Source of the DNA: Octopus sinensis
Taxonomy: Eukaryota
Assembly (NCBI RefSeq): GCF_006345805.1
Contig: NC_042997.1
Span: 62,930,001-62,994,000, forward strand
Length of the DNA: 64,000 bases
Reading direction: 5' to 3'
In this document: piece after piece, positions 37,511-51,764 of the stretch
Layout of the letters: every line of letters begins with the position of its first letter
Position numbering within the stretch: the stretch's first letter is position 1
The notes under the pieces: model-generated
Databases searched by the model: none
What the model was told of the DNA's origin: nothing
Seen by the model: the letters and a program-made list of their open reading frames with translations, nothing else
Made by a program: the position numbers and the translations under genes

Positions 37511-38900
37511 CTATCCATATGGTATATTTATATTTGACATTTTAAATTTGGTTGCGTGTCTACATAAGTTCATCAGCTCACTTCTTTGATTCAAAGAATT
37601 ATTGTCTTTGAATAAAATATACAGTTTCTCTAATAGGCAAAGATTGCATTTAAAATTATTCATGTGTGCTCCATGCCTGTATGGTGCCGCTCTGTCCAGA
37701 ATGCTCCATGTCACGTTGAAAGGTGGGGTTTCCTTTTCTTTTAGTTCCCAGACATATTTTGATAGGCTGGTCCTCTTCCTATTCTCTGGGTATCTAAATG
37801 AATTTTTATGCGAATAAAATCATGTTTTAAACGAATTTTCTGAAGCCCCTGTATATGTCTTGTATTCCGATGAGCCTTCTATTTGTACCTTGGCTCTATA
37901 AACCACTCCTTTCACTAGACATTTCCCTTCTAACGGACAGGAGTTTTCATTTTTGAAATTGCATTTCTTAATGGGCTCGGCACCATGTTTAATCTCAATC
38001 AGATTCCTATTATGCTGGCTAATGTAAGAGGCGAAATTTCTGCAACAAGAATAGCTAACCTTCAGGGTTCTTCTATTAAATATCCCATAGAATTTATGGC
38101 CCTGCTTAAAATGCTTAGAGACAAATCTCAAAAATTCCTTACCTATATTAGTCTTTACGGCCAAATTGAAAGCCGGGTTGAACCACAAAACTTTGCTGGT
38201 CCTAGTTCTTCGTGCAGCATTATTATCAGCATTAAGCTGGCTGTATTGGATCTTCTCAGAGAATCCACTATTCTTTAATGCGCTATCGTAATAAGGTGCA
38301 GCATTATGGAATGCTGCCTCGTCCGAAGAAATTGAAAATATTCTTCTGCCTATATTGCTGACTAAGTTCCTAAGGATAACTGGTGGATGGTTCGAATCTT
38401 TGCTAATATACGATAGCTTTTCATTGGGCTTACGGAAAGGTTTAAATCTATCCGACCTTACATTAAAATTTACGTCTAAAAAATCTACACTATTTAGGTT
38501 AGCATCTATTGTAACCCGTAAGCCCATCCTTTGAAAGAAAGCAATAACGTCCTTCCTAAGTCTATCTGATTCATGGCCATTTAGATTATGCGTGGCTATA
38601 AGGCCGTCATCCCTATATAAACCTGCATCTATAAATGGGAATTCTACTTTCAGATTATGAAGAATAAAGACTCCTATGAGCATACATAACTAAGCCCCGT
38701 CGTATGCCCCCATCGGTACATGGAAAAGAGAATCCTCAGTCTTCTTAATCCAGGTGGAATCCTCGAAAAAAAGAAACGATTTCCTCGCATGTATAATAAT
38801 ATCAATTTCCGACCTATCGATGCTGCCATACTGCCTGGTGAAGTCCAATGCCCTTAGGAGCAACGTCCTAGATTCGACGGGTAAAAGTCAATAATGTCGA
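37511..38900 (-). mobile_element. 5'-truncated Penelope-like element, RT (YRDDG type) plus C-terminal GIY-YIG
   Basis: DIIDFYPS/...VPMGAYDGA*LCMLIG...LYRDDGL...CPLEGKC...VVY...YTG...FKT*...CNLCLLEK...CRH. One frameshift and two point stops. Confidence 0.9.
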
Positions 38901-38917
38901 TATATATGTATATATAT

Positions 38918-38972
<55 letters not shown>

Positions 38973-38997
38973 GTATATATATGTATATATATGTATA

Positions 38998-39051
<54 letters not shown>

Positions 39052-39112
39052 ACATGTATATATATATATACGCACACCACGCATTTACTTAATTTACTTA
39101 CATACATACATA

Positions 39113-39149
<37 letters not shown>

Positions 39150-39499
39150 CTCATATAGACATAACTGCCGCTCTTTCGGTTATGATGGTGTATGTTTCGG
39201 TCGGTCGATAAGATCAACAGTTCTTCGGGAAATTAACGTGCAATAGCTGAGCACATCTCCGAACACGCAGAACTTCGGGGAGATTCGGAGTGACTCGGAG
39301 TGGGACAAGGTTGGCCCTTTGAATTGCAGATACACCTCAGTTTAGGCAGCTGAATAAACTGATGCAACATGAAATTTACAGTCTTGTGGAAGGACACAGC
39401 CTGCTGCCAAGAATCGGCCTTATAATGTTACAATCATTAGCCAAATACCCTAAGCATTAAGGCACGCGCGCACACACACACACACACACATTCACACAC

Positions 39500-39660
39500 G
39501 CGACGGGCTTCTTTCAGTTTCCCTCCAAATCCAGTCACAAGGTTTTGGCCGGCTCATGGGTATAGTGGAAGGCTTCGACCAAGTTGCCATGCAATGGGAC
39601 TGAACCCGGAAGCGTGTGTTTCGGAAGCAAGCTTCTCATAATGCAACCACGCCTGCACCT
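39500..39660 (-). mobile_element. SINE type B, 5' part
   Basis: Homology with 35464-35605. Confidence 0.7.
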
Positions 39661-42600
39661 GTGTATGTATATATAACATACATACTATATATATATATAT
39701 ATATAATATATATATATATACACACATATATAATATATATATACACCAACATATATATATATATATATATATACACATACATGCATATATGTTGAAGCAT
39801 GCGCTTTGGCTGGACGTTCATTTTACTGAAAGTGAATGGTGAATCAGAGAGAAAACGTTATACGTCATACTTTCGCCACGAAGTTTTCAACTTTTCACAC
39901 TAGCATTTTTGTAACATATTCTCGTTACTAAATGAATGTTTAGTTTAATACACTTTGACAGGTTATGATCTGTTTTCACGCCTTCTCATTCTACAGAATT
40001 ACTCACGCATGTAATATACATGTTTCCATTTTGTAACCTCAAACGCTTTTTCAGGATGGAAATGTAAAGGTTTTCGTAGAGGGAATTTATCTACATTTTA
40101 TATCTATGAGAACACGAGCTATCCCCCTACATGCTGCAGATGTGATGTATGTGTTGTTCATTGTTTCTATTCTATGGAAAGAAAATGAGGTTAAAGGTGT
40201 CATCTGAAACCTGAGAGCTATGTCGAATGATACATCTGAAGGTGGAATATTTTTCAGACTCAAGTCAATTCCAATAATAAAACAACAATGTTTCTATTAA
40301 GATTTAGATATTTTGAGAGAGGATATGAAATAATTCTTACCGTTTTCTGGAATGGTGTAACTCGAATCAGATAAAGCAATGAATAATATATTGTAACTAT
40401 TTAAAAAATCCTTCTTGTTAGAAAAATTCTAAGGCTTCTCGTCAACAACATACAATTCTTGCTGGTAAGTATACAGTTTTCAAAATGGAGAGAGAAATTC
40501 AGAGGATTGGTTTGGTCCGATGGTAGAACATCCGCCAGGTTTACAGAACATGTGGGCTCGTATTCTACGGTCACCTTTGGACTTTTTCTATCCAAAGGGT
40601 TTTTCCCTCAATATTTACACACTAAGATGTATAACTTTATCTACTTCGAGTTTCAGCGTCCTCCCACAAAATTATTTCACCATTCCCGAAATTCTTCCAA
40701 TCAAAAATCTCAGCCATAAATATGTCACAATAAACTACACTTCATTCATAAAATGAGACTGAGAAGGTATAGCGATGTAAATAAACTTAGAAAAATCATT
40801 CCTCCAAACTAGACGTATAAGACAAATAACAAAATATTTTAAAATCATTACCAGAAAAGATTAAAAACCATCTTAATTGTGCTTTAATTTAATATGATTG
40901 GAAGAAATGTTTCGCTACATATGGGCATAGTCGAAGAGAGACATACATATACGTATATATGTGTATGTGTGTGTAACACATACACACACACGCGCGCGCG
41001 CTAACACACACACGCGCGCTAACACACACACGCACATATAGATATTATTATTTCTCGAGAAAGTAATTGCACCAATGCGGAGTACATGCACTGGCCCAAT
41101 TCTTTATCATTATTCGTATATTGGTTAGCTATTTAACCATTAATCATTATTCAGTAAATCAACGGATCAGCTATGTTTACCGATGTCCTTCCATTACCAT
41201 TCAAGACCTCTTGAATGACATGTCTTCGCTGGTAAAAAAAAAAACGATCAGTTAGTTAACTACTGAATCAGTGTGTGTGTTTATTATTGGTGTACTGACC
41301 CTCCCAAAATACAACAAAATCAGCAAACGGGTTCACATTAATAGTCTTGGAAACCAAATTCTCTGTCTCCCTCTTCCTCTCTATATTTACATGTATAATA
41401 TATATATAATATATATATGTGCATTTCTCTCTATAGGTATCTCTCCCTCACTCTCTCTATCTATATATAGAGATATAAATATTCAGATAGATAAGTGTGT
41501 GTGTGTGTGTGAGGACGTGCATAGAGACTAGATAAATACACGTGTGAGTATACGTTTCTATGTATGTGTGATTTCTTTCGTTGTGCGTGATAATTCCTAT
41601 TTAACCAACACCCCACTACTGATACCTTTACATATCATTATTATGCGACTAAATTATCAAATATGCTCTCAAGACAAGTGTTTACCAAATATTAAAAGTG
41701 ATAATGTTTCCATACGGGATAAATTTAACGAGGTTAACACTCACAATGGTAAAATTTGATTCCAAAGCTAATTCTTTTATCATTTCATAAACAAAAAAAA
41801 AACAATAACAAAATTGTTTTGCGAACAGAGACTGAGGCGTATAGACATCATCCGTAACATTTGAAAACTATATCCAAATTGAATATAATTCTAATGGATT
41901 TCTCACCATTAGAGTTTCCATTAAAACAGAAACTGAAAATAATAAAGAAAAGAAAGAATAAGTAGTGTATTATCAAGAATTTAATATTTCGGCTTATGTG
42001 GCGGCCATCTTTGTCATGATATTTTATTGCGTTTTAAGACCATAAAATATAATTGTGATATCTATTCAAATAAATGGTATTTTATGAATGCATAAATATA
42101 TATCTATAAAACAATATTAATTAGAATAATGTTTTATTTCACATTGACAGAAAGCCACTACAAGTTGGAGGAAATAACAATTACTGCTTCTAATATAGGC
42201 ACAAGGCCTGAAATATCCGGAGAAAATGTTAGTCAATGATATCAAACTTAGTACTTTAATTGTGATTTATTATCGAAATGTGAAGATGAAAGGCAAAATC
42301 GAAGGTAATCATCGTATGTCTGTAACCCAAAGAAGGATGATCACCACGTGGTTAGCTTTAAATAAAGCTCATGTGACTAAATAGCTTATGAGACATATAT
42401 ACATTGGATAAAACGTGTATATTGAAACAAGAGTTTCCAATTTTGAGTATAAGGTAAACTTCTAGATTTCTTTCTATCTTCAGTGAAAACTGATCCTTTT
42501 TATCCCTTTAGTACGTAATATAAGACCTTATCGATTGTGGTATTGCACAGAGCTGCAGATTAAATCTAGAACTCAAAACATACACTTCATGCCGACGGAA

Positions 42601-42778
42601 TTCAGCATAATTTCTGTCTGGCACATATCATCCAAAAAGGCTCGAGTCAATACGAGGCTATGGTAGAATATGCTCACTCAAACACACACTCACGTATATT
42701 CATTCGTGCTATTGAACATTTACAGCATATAAGAATTTTTCATGTACTGTAACATACACTTTATATGTTACATATGAT

Positions 42779-43269
42779 TACCATAAATCCTCGTTTATAA
42801 TCCGTATTTTCCCCCAAAATTTAAGGGTCAAAATCACTAGTTAAAAATGAAAAATATTTTCTAAGCAATGTCCGAGTCTGTATTTGCTATCCGACATTGT
42901 TTATTCAGCCGCATTTTGTGATGTCGGACGCGAAAATACCTTAAGCTAAGCCTGAAAGCAATGAAGTCATAAAAGAATCATCCATAACATTTATTAAAAT
43001 AAAAGTATTCAGAACCCAGAATAACATATAACAAAACCAATTTGCAAACATTTACATTCCCATATAACAGTTAAGAACATCACCATTATTGTATTACGCG
43101 TGCGCGTAAGTGTTTGTTCGACTAGGTGCTACTAGCTTAATTACGGACGACTCAAGTTAGAGAAGGGGAGCGTATTATACACAAGGTTTAGGTTTTACAG
43201 AATTACAACCCCCTAAAAATCCCCTGCGTATTATACTCAAGGGCGGACTATACTCGAGGATTTACGGTA
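42779..43269. mobile_element. pogo/Tigger-like MITE with TA ends
   Basis: Left TACCATAAATCCTCGTTTATAATCCG versus reverse complement of right TACCGTAAATCCTCGAGTATAGTCCG. Confidence 0.75.
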
Positions 43270-44482
43270 TCTTAACCGTTTTCAACGAACGTCTACAAAT
43301 TATATTGAAAGTACTAACATGCTTAAGAAACTGCACCTGATTAAAAATTAAGATAACATAAGTAACCCGATATATTACGTAGATACCATCAAGGGTTATA
43401 ACGGCATACACTGAAGCAGTTATTTATTGAAATGTAGAAGAAAACTATTTTAATAGATAGAAATTTGTAAGGAGTATTTCGGAAGATATCTTTGAGGTAG
43501 CAACAATGCAGCTGATTATTTTAATTCAGATTCGTTTAAAAGTTAAATATAACGTGAAAATAATAGTTGGTAAGACAAATCATCTAGGTTTTCAAAGCAG
43601 CACGATTAACTATGAATTTCATATTGTCTGCTGTTAATTGCAGAGTAATCTGAAATAAATATTAAAAACGCCCAATTCTTTAAATTGGATCGACGAACTT
43701 AAATTAAGTCTTCGACTTCATCACTGGGTCCAAAGTTAGCTCATCCTGACTGATTGTCGGCTTGGATGTACAATTGACTACAGCCAGATGAATTACTAGT
43801 ACTAGATTCAACTGCGGATATCTTTACTGGTTGTCCATCGAGATATCTACAGAGCTAGTTGTGAGGTTTGTGCGGTGTGGCAAGCACACGTCCTTACAAC
43901 TGTACTCATTACAGCTGTATATCGCTATCCATCCATCCATTCATCCGCCCGTCCGTCCGTCCTTCTACCCATCCAATCGTCCGTCCATCCACCCATCCAC
44001 CGTCCGTCGGGTCATCCGTCTGTCCATACATACATACGTACATACATACATACCTACGTACATGTTTGAAACTACACTCATTACAACGTATACACATATA
44101 AAGTAAGAGCTTCCCCTATCAATGCACAGGTATTTACATAAATGTGAAACTGGTTGTGTGTGTGTGTGTGTGTATATATATGTGTGTGTGTGTGTGTATG
44201 TGTGTGTGTATTTGAAAGTATATATACGTATGTATAAATATGCATACATGCATGTCTCTCTCTCTATATCTATCTATCTATATGCGTATACACATGTACC
44301 TGAATGTATGTATGCATGTATGTATGTATGTATGTATGTATGTATGTATGTATGTATATATATATATCCTTCATTTAATGCTAATATTGTCCTTACGACA
44401 TATGCAAACGGTTTGAATACGCTGTAACATATTCCAGTGATTTCACATAATTATATTAAATATTTTCATAATTTTGTTTGCT

Positions 44483-44513
<31 letters not shown>

Positions 44514-45152
44514 CAGTGTTTCTCATTTCCTTTAAATCTCAAGGCCTTTCGGTTTAGCCAAAAGTAAACCAATATTTAGTATATGTTGTGGAAAGCTATA
44601 GGGTAAGTGGTTAGCTTCTAGTGTATGTGTGTGTGGAGAGAGAGAGAGGGGGAGAGAAAGAGTGCAAGAGAGAGACAGAAAGAAATAGAGAGGGTGAGAG
44701 GGAGTAGAGAGATGGGAGAGAGATGGGAGAGAGATGGGAGAGAGATGGGAGAGAGATGGGAGGGAGAGAGAGATGGAGAGAGAGAGAATTTTTATTCGAC
44801 CAGTCTCGGAATATAACTGATGTATCACTAAATATATTCATATATTCTTATATATAGTGAGAAAAACGATAAGCATACCACGAAACTAGAAACTCAGGAG
44901 AATTGAAGTAAATCACTACATACAAATACATAAGCACAAATACATCAGTACATGTTATACAAAATAAATGTGGTGAAGAATCACATACATACATGCATAC
45001 ATACATACATACATACATACATACATACATACATACATACATACATACATACATACATAAATAAATACATACATACATACATGCATACATAGATACATAC
45101 ATACATGCATATATACATACATACATACATACATACATGCGTGCATGCATAT

Positions 45153-45290
45153 AGGCGTGGCTGTGTGGTAAAAAGCTTGTTTCCCAAACACATGATTCTG
45201 GGTTCAGTCCTACTGCGTGACTACTATAGCCTCGGGTCGACCAAAGCCCTGTGAGTGGAATTGTTAGACAGTAACTGAACGAAGACGGTC

Positions 45291-45292
<2 letters not shown>
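45153..45292 (+). mobile_element. SINE type B, 5' part
   Basis: GGCGTGGCTGTGTGGTAA head and GACCAAAGCCCTGTGAGTGG core. Confidence 0.75.
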
Positions 45293-45331
<39 letters not shown>

Positions 45332-45409
45332 TCAATAAATGGTGGGGTTTTGTTGACCGCACGTGGAGAAATGATAAGCAAGGAAAAATTGTAAAAAAAT
45401 TGTAATCTG

Positions 45410-45468
<59 letters not shown>

Positions 45469-45469
<1 letters not shown>

Positions 45470-45884
45470 TTATTATATAGAAGGAGCTTCTACAGGACTA
45501 GAACTGTTTCATTCAAGAGAAATCTTCAGGAAGCTATGAAGTCATAAAAGAATCATCCATAACATTTATTAAAATAAAAGTATTCAGAACCCAGAATAAC
45601 ATATAACAAAACCAATTTGCAAACATTTACATTCCCATATAACAGTTAAGAACATCACCATTATTGTATTACGCGTGCGCGTAAGTGTTTGTTCGACTAG
45701 GTGCTACTAGCTTAATTACGGACGACTCAAGTTAGAGAAGGGGAGCGTATTATACACAAGGTTTAGGTTTTACAGAATTACAACCCCCTAAAAATCCCCT
45801 GCGTATTATACTCAAGGGCGGACTATACTCGAGGATTTACGTGAAACAGTTCTAGTCCTGTAGAAGCTCCTTCTATATAATAAA
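45469..45884. mobile_element. HHR-repeat inverted arms enclosing a 306-bp copy of 42961-43266
   Basis: 43-bp perfect inverted repeat at 45469-45511 and 45842-45884. HHR on minus strand at 45485-45535. Insert at 45536-45841. Confidence 0.85.
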
Positions 45885-45951
45885 TTAATTTTACTCTGCT
45901 ATGTATTGAGTACCTTATTTACTGTGGTTAACCCCGAATCAACCCGGGACC

Positions 45952-46004
<53 letters not shown>

Positions 46005-46157
46005 TATATATAATTATAGGGTAAAATCATTAAAATTAATGAAATTTATTAGTGGCCAGCATATAAAAATAATCTTTTTGGTAAAATTCAGATATAGAGA
46101 TATATAATTATGTAGAATAAAATTAAACTATAAATAAGGGAACAGAATCTACCATAT

Positions 46158-46460
46158 CTATACGCTAGAAAGAGATGTCAACCAGTATAAATTTTGACTT
46201 CAATATACACACGTTAAAACCGGAAAAGTGGACCGACCAAAGTTTCATAGAATAATTCAGATATTTCTAGATTTATCGATTTCTGGAATAGTTTAATAAA
46301 TCTTCCTTCATCAGTAGAATATACTGGCAAAATAAATGAAAATATTTATACATACTCACAGAACCTTTTGGTCGGTTCATTTTCCTGCTTCCACCCTGTG
46401 CATATTGAAGTGAAAATTTATAATGGTTGGCCGTATTTGGCGTCTCTTTCTAACATATAG
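46158..46460. repeat. Diverged inverted repeat enclosing a degenerate minus-strand HHR (about 46270-46320)
   Basis: Arms 46158-46242 and 46366-46460. Minus strand reads CTGATGA-AGGA...TCCA-GAAATCGATA. Confidence 0.55.
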
Positions 46461-46591
46461 GCAAGGTGGCTTCTGTGGCCTTAATTATAATTGTATTATA
46501 TACAATTATCTCTTTCCTTCTTTCTTTCTTTCTTTTTTTCTTTCTTTCTTTCTCTCTTTTTTTCTCTCTTTCTTTCTTTCATTCTCTCTCT

Positions 46592-46630
<39 letters not shown>

Positions 46631-46959
46631 ACACACACACACACACACTTCTTGAGCACGTCTTCACGTTGTTTTTGTATTTTTCGTTTTTATTCGTTTA
46701 TTTGAATTGAATATATATACACGTATACGTATGCATGTGTATACATTCTCACTTGTACTTCCAAACAACTTATGAGAGCTACACCCACACACTATGTGCC
46801 CAGCGCGACCACGTCACACAGGAAATCCCCCACTACCGTTCTCTTCTCACCGCTCTTTGCTCGACCACACAGACACACCACATCAATAGCAAACTGCACA
46901 AAAGACACGCAAAATTCGCTCACTCATATCCCACCGTCTCACTTTTGCCTCGCTCAACA

Positions 46960-48350
46960 CCTCTACTGTCTATACTATCCCGAGCGATTTAACGATTTAC
47001 CTCTCACTCATGCCGAACGAGCTTTACTTAGCAGAGGTCTTAATTTCGTTCCTCTCAAAAACACACTCAGTGAATTTGACGCGCGCGCCCATACATGAAG
47101 TTTCCTCCGTCGGATCCAACTCAGGGCATTTTCCTACAACAGAAGCCTAGTTTTTCCAATTGAAGACGACTTCACTACACTCAAAAAGCATTTTTCCAAC
47201 TGGACACCAAACTCAAAATTACACCGCTCGGTAGATATATTCATTAATAAATGCCGTTTCGACCTCGGTACCTTCAATTTCGATAGAAAACCAAGGATTT
47301 CGAACCTTCCCCCATCGGGACTGGACGCCCCCCCCCGGAAGCTCCGCCAACGTAAGGACATTGTTATCAAGCAAGCCGACAATGGGAGTACCGTTGTTGT
47401 TTGGCGAGCCGATCTTTACAAAAAAGAAGCACTCGGTCAACTGCATGAAGATACCAAATGATCTTACCAACCATTACCAGAGGAATGTTTCGACCACTGT
47501 ACATCAGCTGACCTCTTCTGGTTCACTGTCACCAACATCATTACCCCCACACCCCGAACTTCCACTATCTTTCGTTCCTAAAATACATAAACAAGATAAT
47601 CTAGGCCGCCCTATTGTCTATGCTTGCAATTGCCCCACAGAACTTTTATCTTCCTACCTCGGCAAACTTTCATCCCCTCACGTCACTGCTCTACCTTCAT
47701 ATATAAAAGTCTCTAACCAAGCACTATACCTCTTCAATACATTCTCTTTTCCATCTAGTGAATCCAAACTCCTTTTCACCATGTACATTAAATCTTTGTA
47801 CATAGTCATCCGACACAATGACGGTCTACTAGCACTTAAACACTTCTTAGACCGTACCTGAACCCAGCACTAATACACTCTTCCGCAGTTCGTCTTAACA
47901 CTCAATTGTTTATTTCTCTCTGGTGAATTCTATAATCACGTCAGCGGTGTTGCTATGGGCACCAGGATGGGGCCCAATTATGCCAACCTCTTTGTAGGTT
48001 ATGTAGAGGAGCAAATTTTTGCTCCTTTCCTTGGATGCATCCCAGAGCTTTATGATCGTTACATTGACGACTTCATTGGCGCCACAAACATTAACAGACA
48101 ACAGCCCAACGATTTTATTCCTTTTGTTAACACATTCACGCAGCTTTGGATTCACTCGCACCACATCTGATACTTCTGTTTGCTTTCTTGACATCTCCGT
48201 CAAAATACACAATACCCACCTATGTCTACTATAAACCTACTGACTCCCACTTCTACCCCTACTACTCTTCCTCTCATCCCAAACACATTAAATCTGCTAT
48301 ACCTTTCTAGCAATTTCTTCGCCTTCGACGACATTGCAACTTCGTTCCAG
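46960..48350 (+). mobile_element. Decayed Penelope-like element (N-terminal region and RT)
   Basis: LLSRGLNFVP, VIKQADNG, PKIHK...GRPIV, GVAMGTRMGPNYANLFVGYVE...RYIDD, with many frameshifts. Confidence 0.88.
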
Positions 48351-48519
48351 CAACCAAAAATAATTCGTAAGCGATTGATGGTTCTATGAAATCCAACAAG
48401 CATTGATGAAAGCCTTAAGAGATCTATTGTTCCAAACAGCCTGCAAGAAACTCACATGACAATATGAAAGACTTTAAAATAAAAGTCATGTTTTCAATCC
48501 AATATGTCTAAAAGAAAAT

Positions 48520-49070
48520 GCGCGTCTATCTCTACGGCGGTCGCTTCCGGGGCGATTTCGTTTCATTTAATTCTGAAGTATATTGTGTTTTAATACAATA
48601 TATCTGCAAAGGAATCTTTACTGAGACGACTACTCCAGCCTTCACTAACGTTTCAAGGATACCCATTCAGGTATACATGATTGAGACATTTTTGCGCCCC
48701 GCCATTCAAAGTAGATATCACACATGGTTCCAGCAAGTTGGGCAACTGCTCATATCGCAAGAGAAACAATGTAGTTGTTATGGGAGTGCTTTGGAAAGAT
48801 AATAATCTCCCGCTACGGCAATGTCACTGGCCGTCATGCTCCCCAGACTTGACTAGCCCGGATTTTTTCTTGTGTAGATACTTGAAAGAGAGGCTATACG
48901 TCAATAAACCGGAGACCCTGATGCAACTGAAGGAGAACATCAATATAGAAATCAGGGAAGTGTGGTCTGAAACTGTTGAGGGTTTTATAGTGCAAGTTTT
49001 GGAAAGAGTACGGGCGTGCGAAACCGAAGATTGCTGCTATTTAAGCGATGTCATTTTTCATATGTGACGT
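48520..49070 (+). mobile_element. Tc1/mariner-superfamily transposase remnant (C-terminal catalytic region)
   Basis: WFQQ(D)G, then WPSCSPDLTSPDFFL...YLKERLYVNKPETL.QLKENI across frameshifts. Confidence 0.75.
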
Positions 49071-49540
49071 TGCAAAATTTGACGCGTGCGCATTAATTTC
49101 CATTATGTTCTTTATATTGTATCAAAGTTTCATGTGCACACGCACACACACACACGCGCGCGCGCGCACACACACACACACACGCGCGCGCGCGCACACA
49201 CACATACACGCGCACACACGCACACACACACACACACAACGCACAACACCCACAACACACACACAACATATACGCGCGTACATATACACACACGCACACG
49301 AACACAAACACAAATATACGCACGCGAACGTACACACACACATACACTACACACAAAGATATACATACACATGTACACACGATCAACTTGAACTTGAACA
49401 GTAATAGGTCAAATACGAATTTTGGAATGCCAATTGATTTATTCTGTTTCTTTATGAATGCACTGGTTGGTGTTTTGCCCAAATTTTGTCTATCAAACAT
49501 CTATAAATATACAATTCAAAAATTATAATATACTGTCAGC

Positions 49541-49577
<37 letters not shown>

Positions 49578-49995
49578 TTCCAACTCGTTCATTAATTCTA
49601 TAGGGTGCATTATTTTGAATATATAATTGATAAAGGCATTGTCAATGGTCTTTTTTCTGAAAAGGACAAATTTTACACAAAGAACATGAATATTCTGAAA
49701 ATATTGTTTAAAACAAATTATAAAGACAGATAGACAGACACTCAGGTACACACAGACTCGCGCGCGCTGTGGTACAATATGTGTGTGGTTCGTGTAATTT
49801 TGATTTGTTGACGTATTTGTTATTGTAGCGGCAGTGTTTTATAGGCTTGACCGTTAGTTTGTTAGAAATCCATTATTAGTGTTTGCTATATTGTGTGGAA
49901 TATTCTATCATATATCTATATATAGACATGCACAATTTTGTATATCTACACATACACATACACACGCACGTATACACATACACACAGCAATAAAC

Positions 49996-50029
<34 letters not shown>

Positions 50030-50590
50030 GAAAGAAGGTTTGAAAATGCAATTTAAAAGATGTTTATTTACTTTACAGGTTTCACTCTTTGGAAAAAGAT
50101 TGTCAAAAGTAACATGTAGAAGTTTGGTTGCATTAATTATTGGTTGTTACAAATTGCTACATTACATATATACAGTCTTTGGTAACAGGGACATGTTAAG
50201 GACATAAAAAAGTTCAACAAGTTCCTTAAAATATTGGGCACAAAAGATTACTACATAAATAATCGTTCTCAAGGACATGCTTAAGATAGTTTCCAGAAGG
50301 AATTGATATTGGTATTGGTATTGTATCTGTATATTCAAACATGCACAGAATATTGGTTGACACAGAGTACTACAATCCATATAAATATACATTCTTTGGT
50401 GACAAGAACATGTTGAGAATATAAAAAAAGTTTAACAAGATCATTGAAATAATGGGCACAAAAGATTACAACAAAAATATTATACATTCTCAAGATAATT
50501 TCCAGAAGGAATTATTAGAAAAGTTCAGTATACACGTACAGAATATTATGAGTTCAAAAAGATTTACATTATAGTAGTAGTGAAGCTAAA

Positions 50591-50683
50591 ACTGACCTGT
50601 CCGCTATGGTAGCGTAAAAGAATATTATCTATTTCAAGAGACACAGATAATATTCTTTTACGCTACCATAGTGGCAGGTCAGT
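50591..50683. repeat. Short hairpin or mini-MITE (40-bp arms, 14-nt spacer)
   Basis: ACTGACCTGTCCGCTATGGTAGCGTAAAAGAATATTATCT and its near-exact inverse. Confidence 0.75.
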
Positions 50684-51085
50684 GCCTATTGGTTAGTGAA
50701 ATTTGGAATTAGTGCGTTAATACCACAGCTTTTCGAGGAAAGTAAATGTATTCTTAACGGTTTTTGTAAAATGTTGATGTCTAAATGTACGTATGAATAT
50801 AACTTCAGACACAGATACGTATGCGTGGCTATGTACGTAGAGTTAATCATACATATACATACACACACACATACATATGCATACGCATGCATAGGCATAG
50901 ACATATCCACACATATACATACATATACACGCGCAGTCATATATAAAAATTAAAATATATGTTTCTACATATATGTACGCATATACACACTTACACACAC
51001 ACACACGTTCATACATACGCATACATACAGACAGGCAGATACATATATATATATACGTATATATATATACATATATATATGTACA

Positions 51086-51123
<38 letters not shown>

Positions 51124-51764
51124 GATATATATACATATACATACACACATACACATACACACACATATATATACATACATACATATACAGACATGCGCTT
51201 GCGCACAACACATAAATATGTATACATCTATGCATATACACATGTACGTAAATACACATCCATATACATACTTAAAAGTTATCTTCACATACTCATAATT
51301 AATTACGTATTTGTGTGTGTATATACATTCATATAGGTACAAGTAAAAAGGAAATGATTAAAGTCGTTTATATATCTGATTAAATAACGTGAAATAGCTA
51401 ATATTAATATGTGGAATTATAGTTACGCACGAACATATCGATTTACATACATACACATACACATATACACGAATACATAGATAGACACACAAATATTCGC
51501 GCGCATATGTAATACATATACATACATTCATATGTATGTATATGTAAGTACAATAAAAATAAGTACATATATTAGTACGCGCATATGATCAAAGTATCAT
51601 GTATGATATAATTATAAGTCAATCGATGTCTGACTAGCAAGGTAAAGCCGCTGACTTCCCCTGTTCGAAGGTTGTAATGGACGCAGGTTCGTGTGTCATA
51701 TAGCTAGCTAGAGGCGATGGCCTCTTGGAGCTAATCAGCGATAGCTTTAGTCTTATATTTATAG

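Noticed and set aside
37820-37822. In-frame TGA in a PLE ORF as possible selenocysteine (known in some Naiad PLEs)
   Set aside because: It lies at the conserved FK.R arginine (CGA to TGA, CpG decay). The copy has other lesions and a C-terminal, not N-terminal, endonuclease.
40422-40464. Possible 43-nt host exon (TTGTTAG ... CTG|GTAAGT)
   Set aside because: Good splice signals, but no recognisable protein match or partner exons. It cannot be supported without RNA-seq.
49130-49380. (CA)/(CG) alternating tract with Z-DNA potential
   Set aside because: Common compound microsatellite with no contextual evidence of function.
50170-50520. Diverged tandem duplication of about 230 bp
   Set aside because: Real but AT-rich, with no coding or structural signal. 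It looks like an ordinary local duplication.
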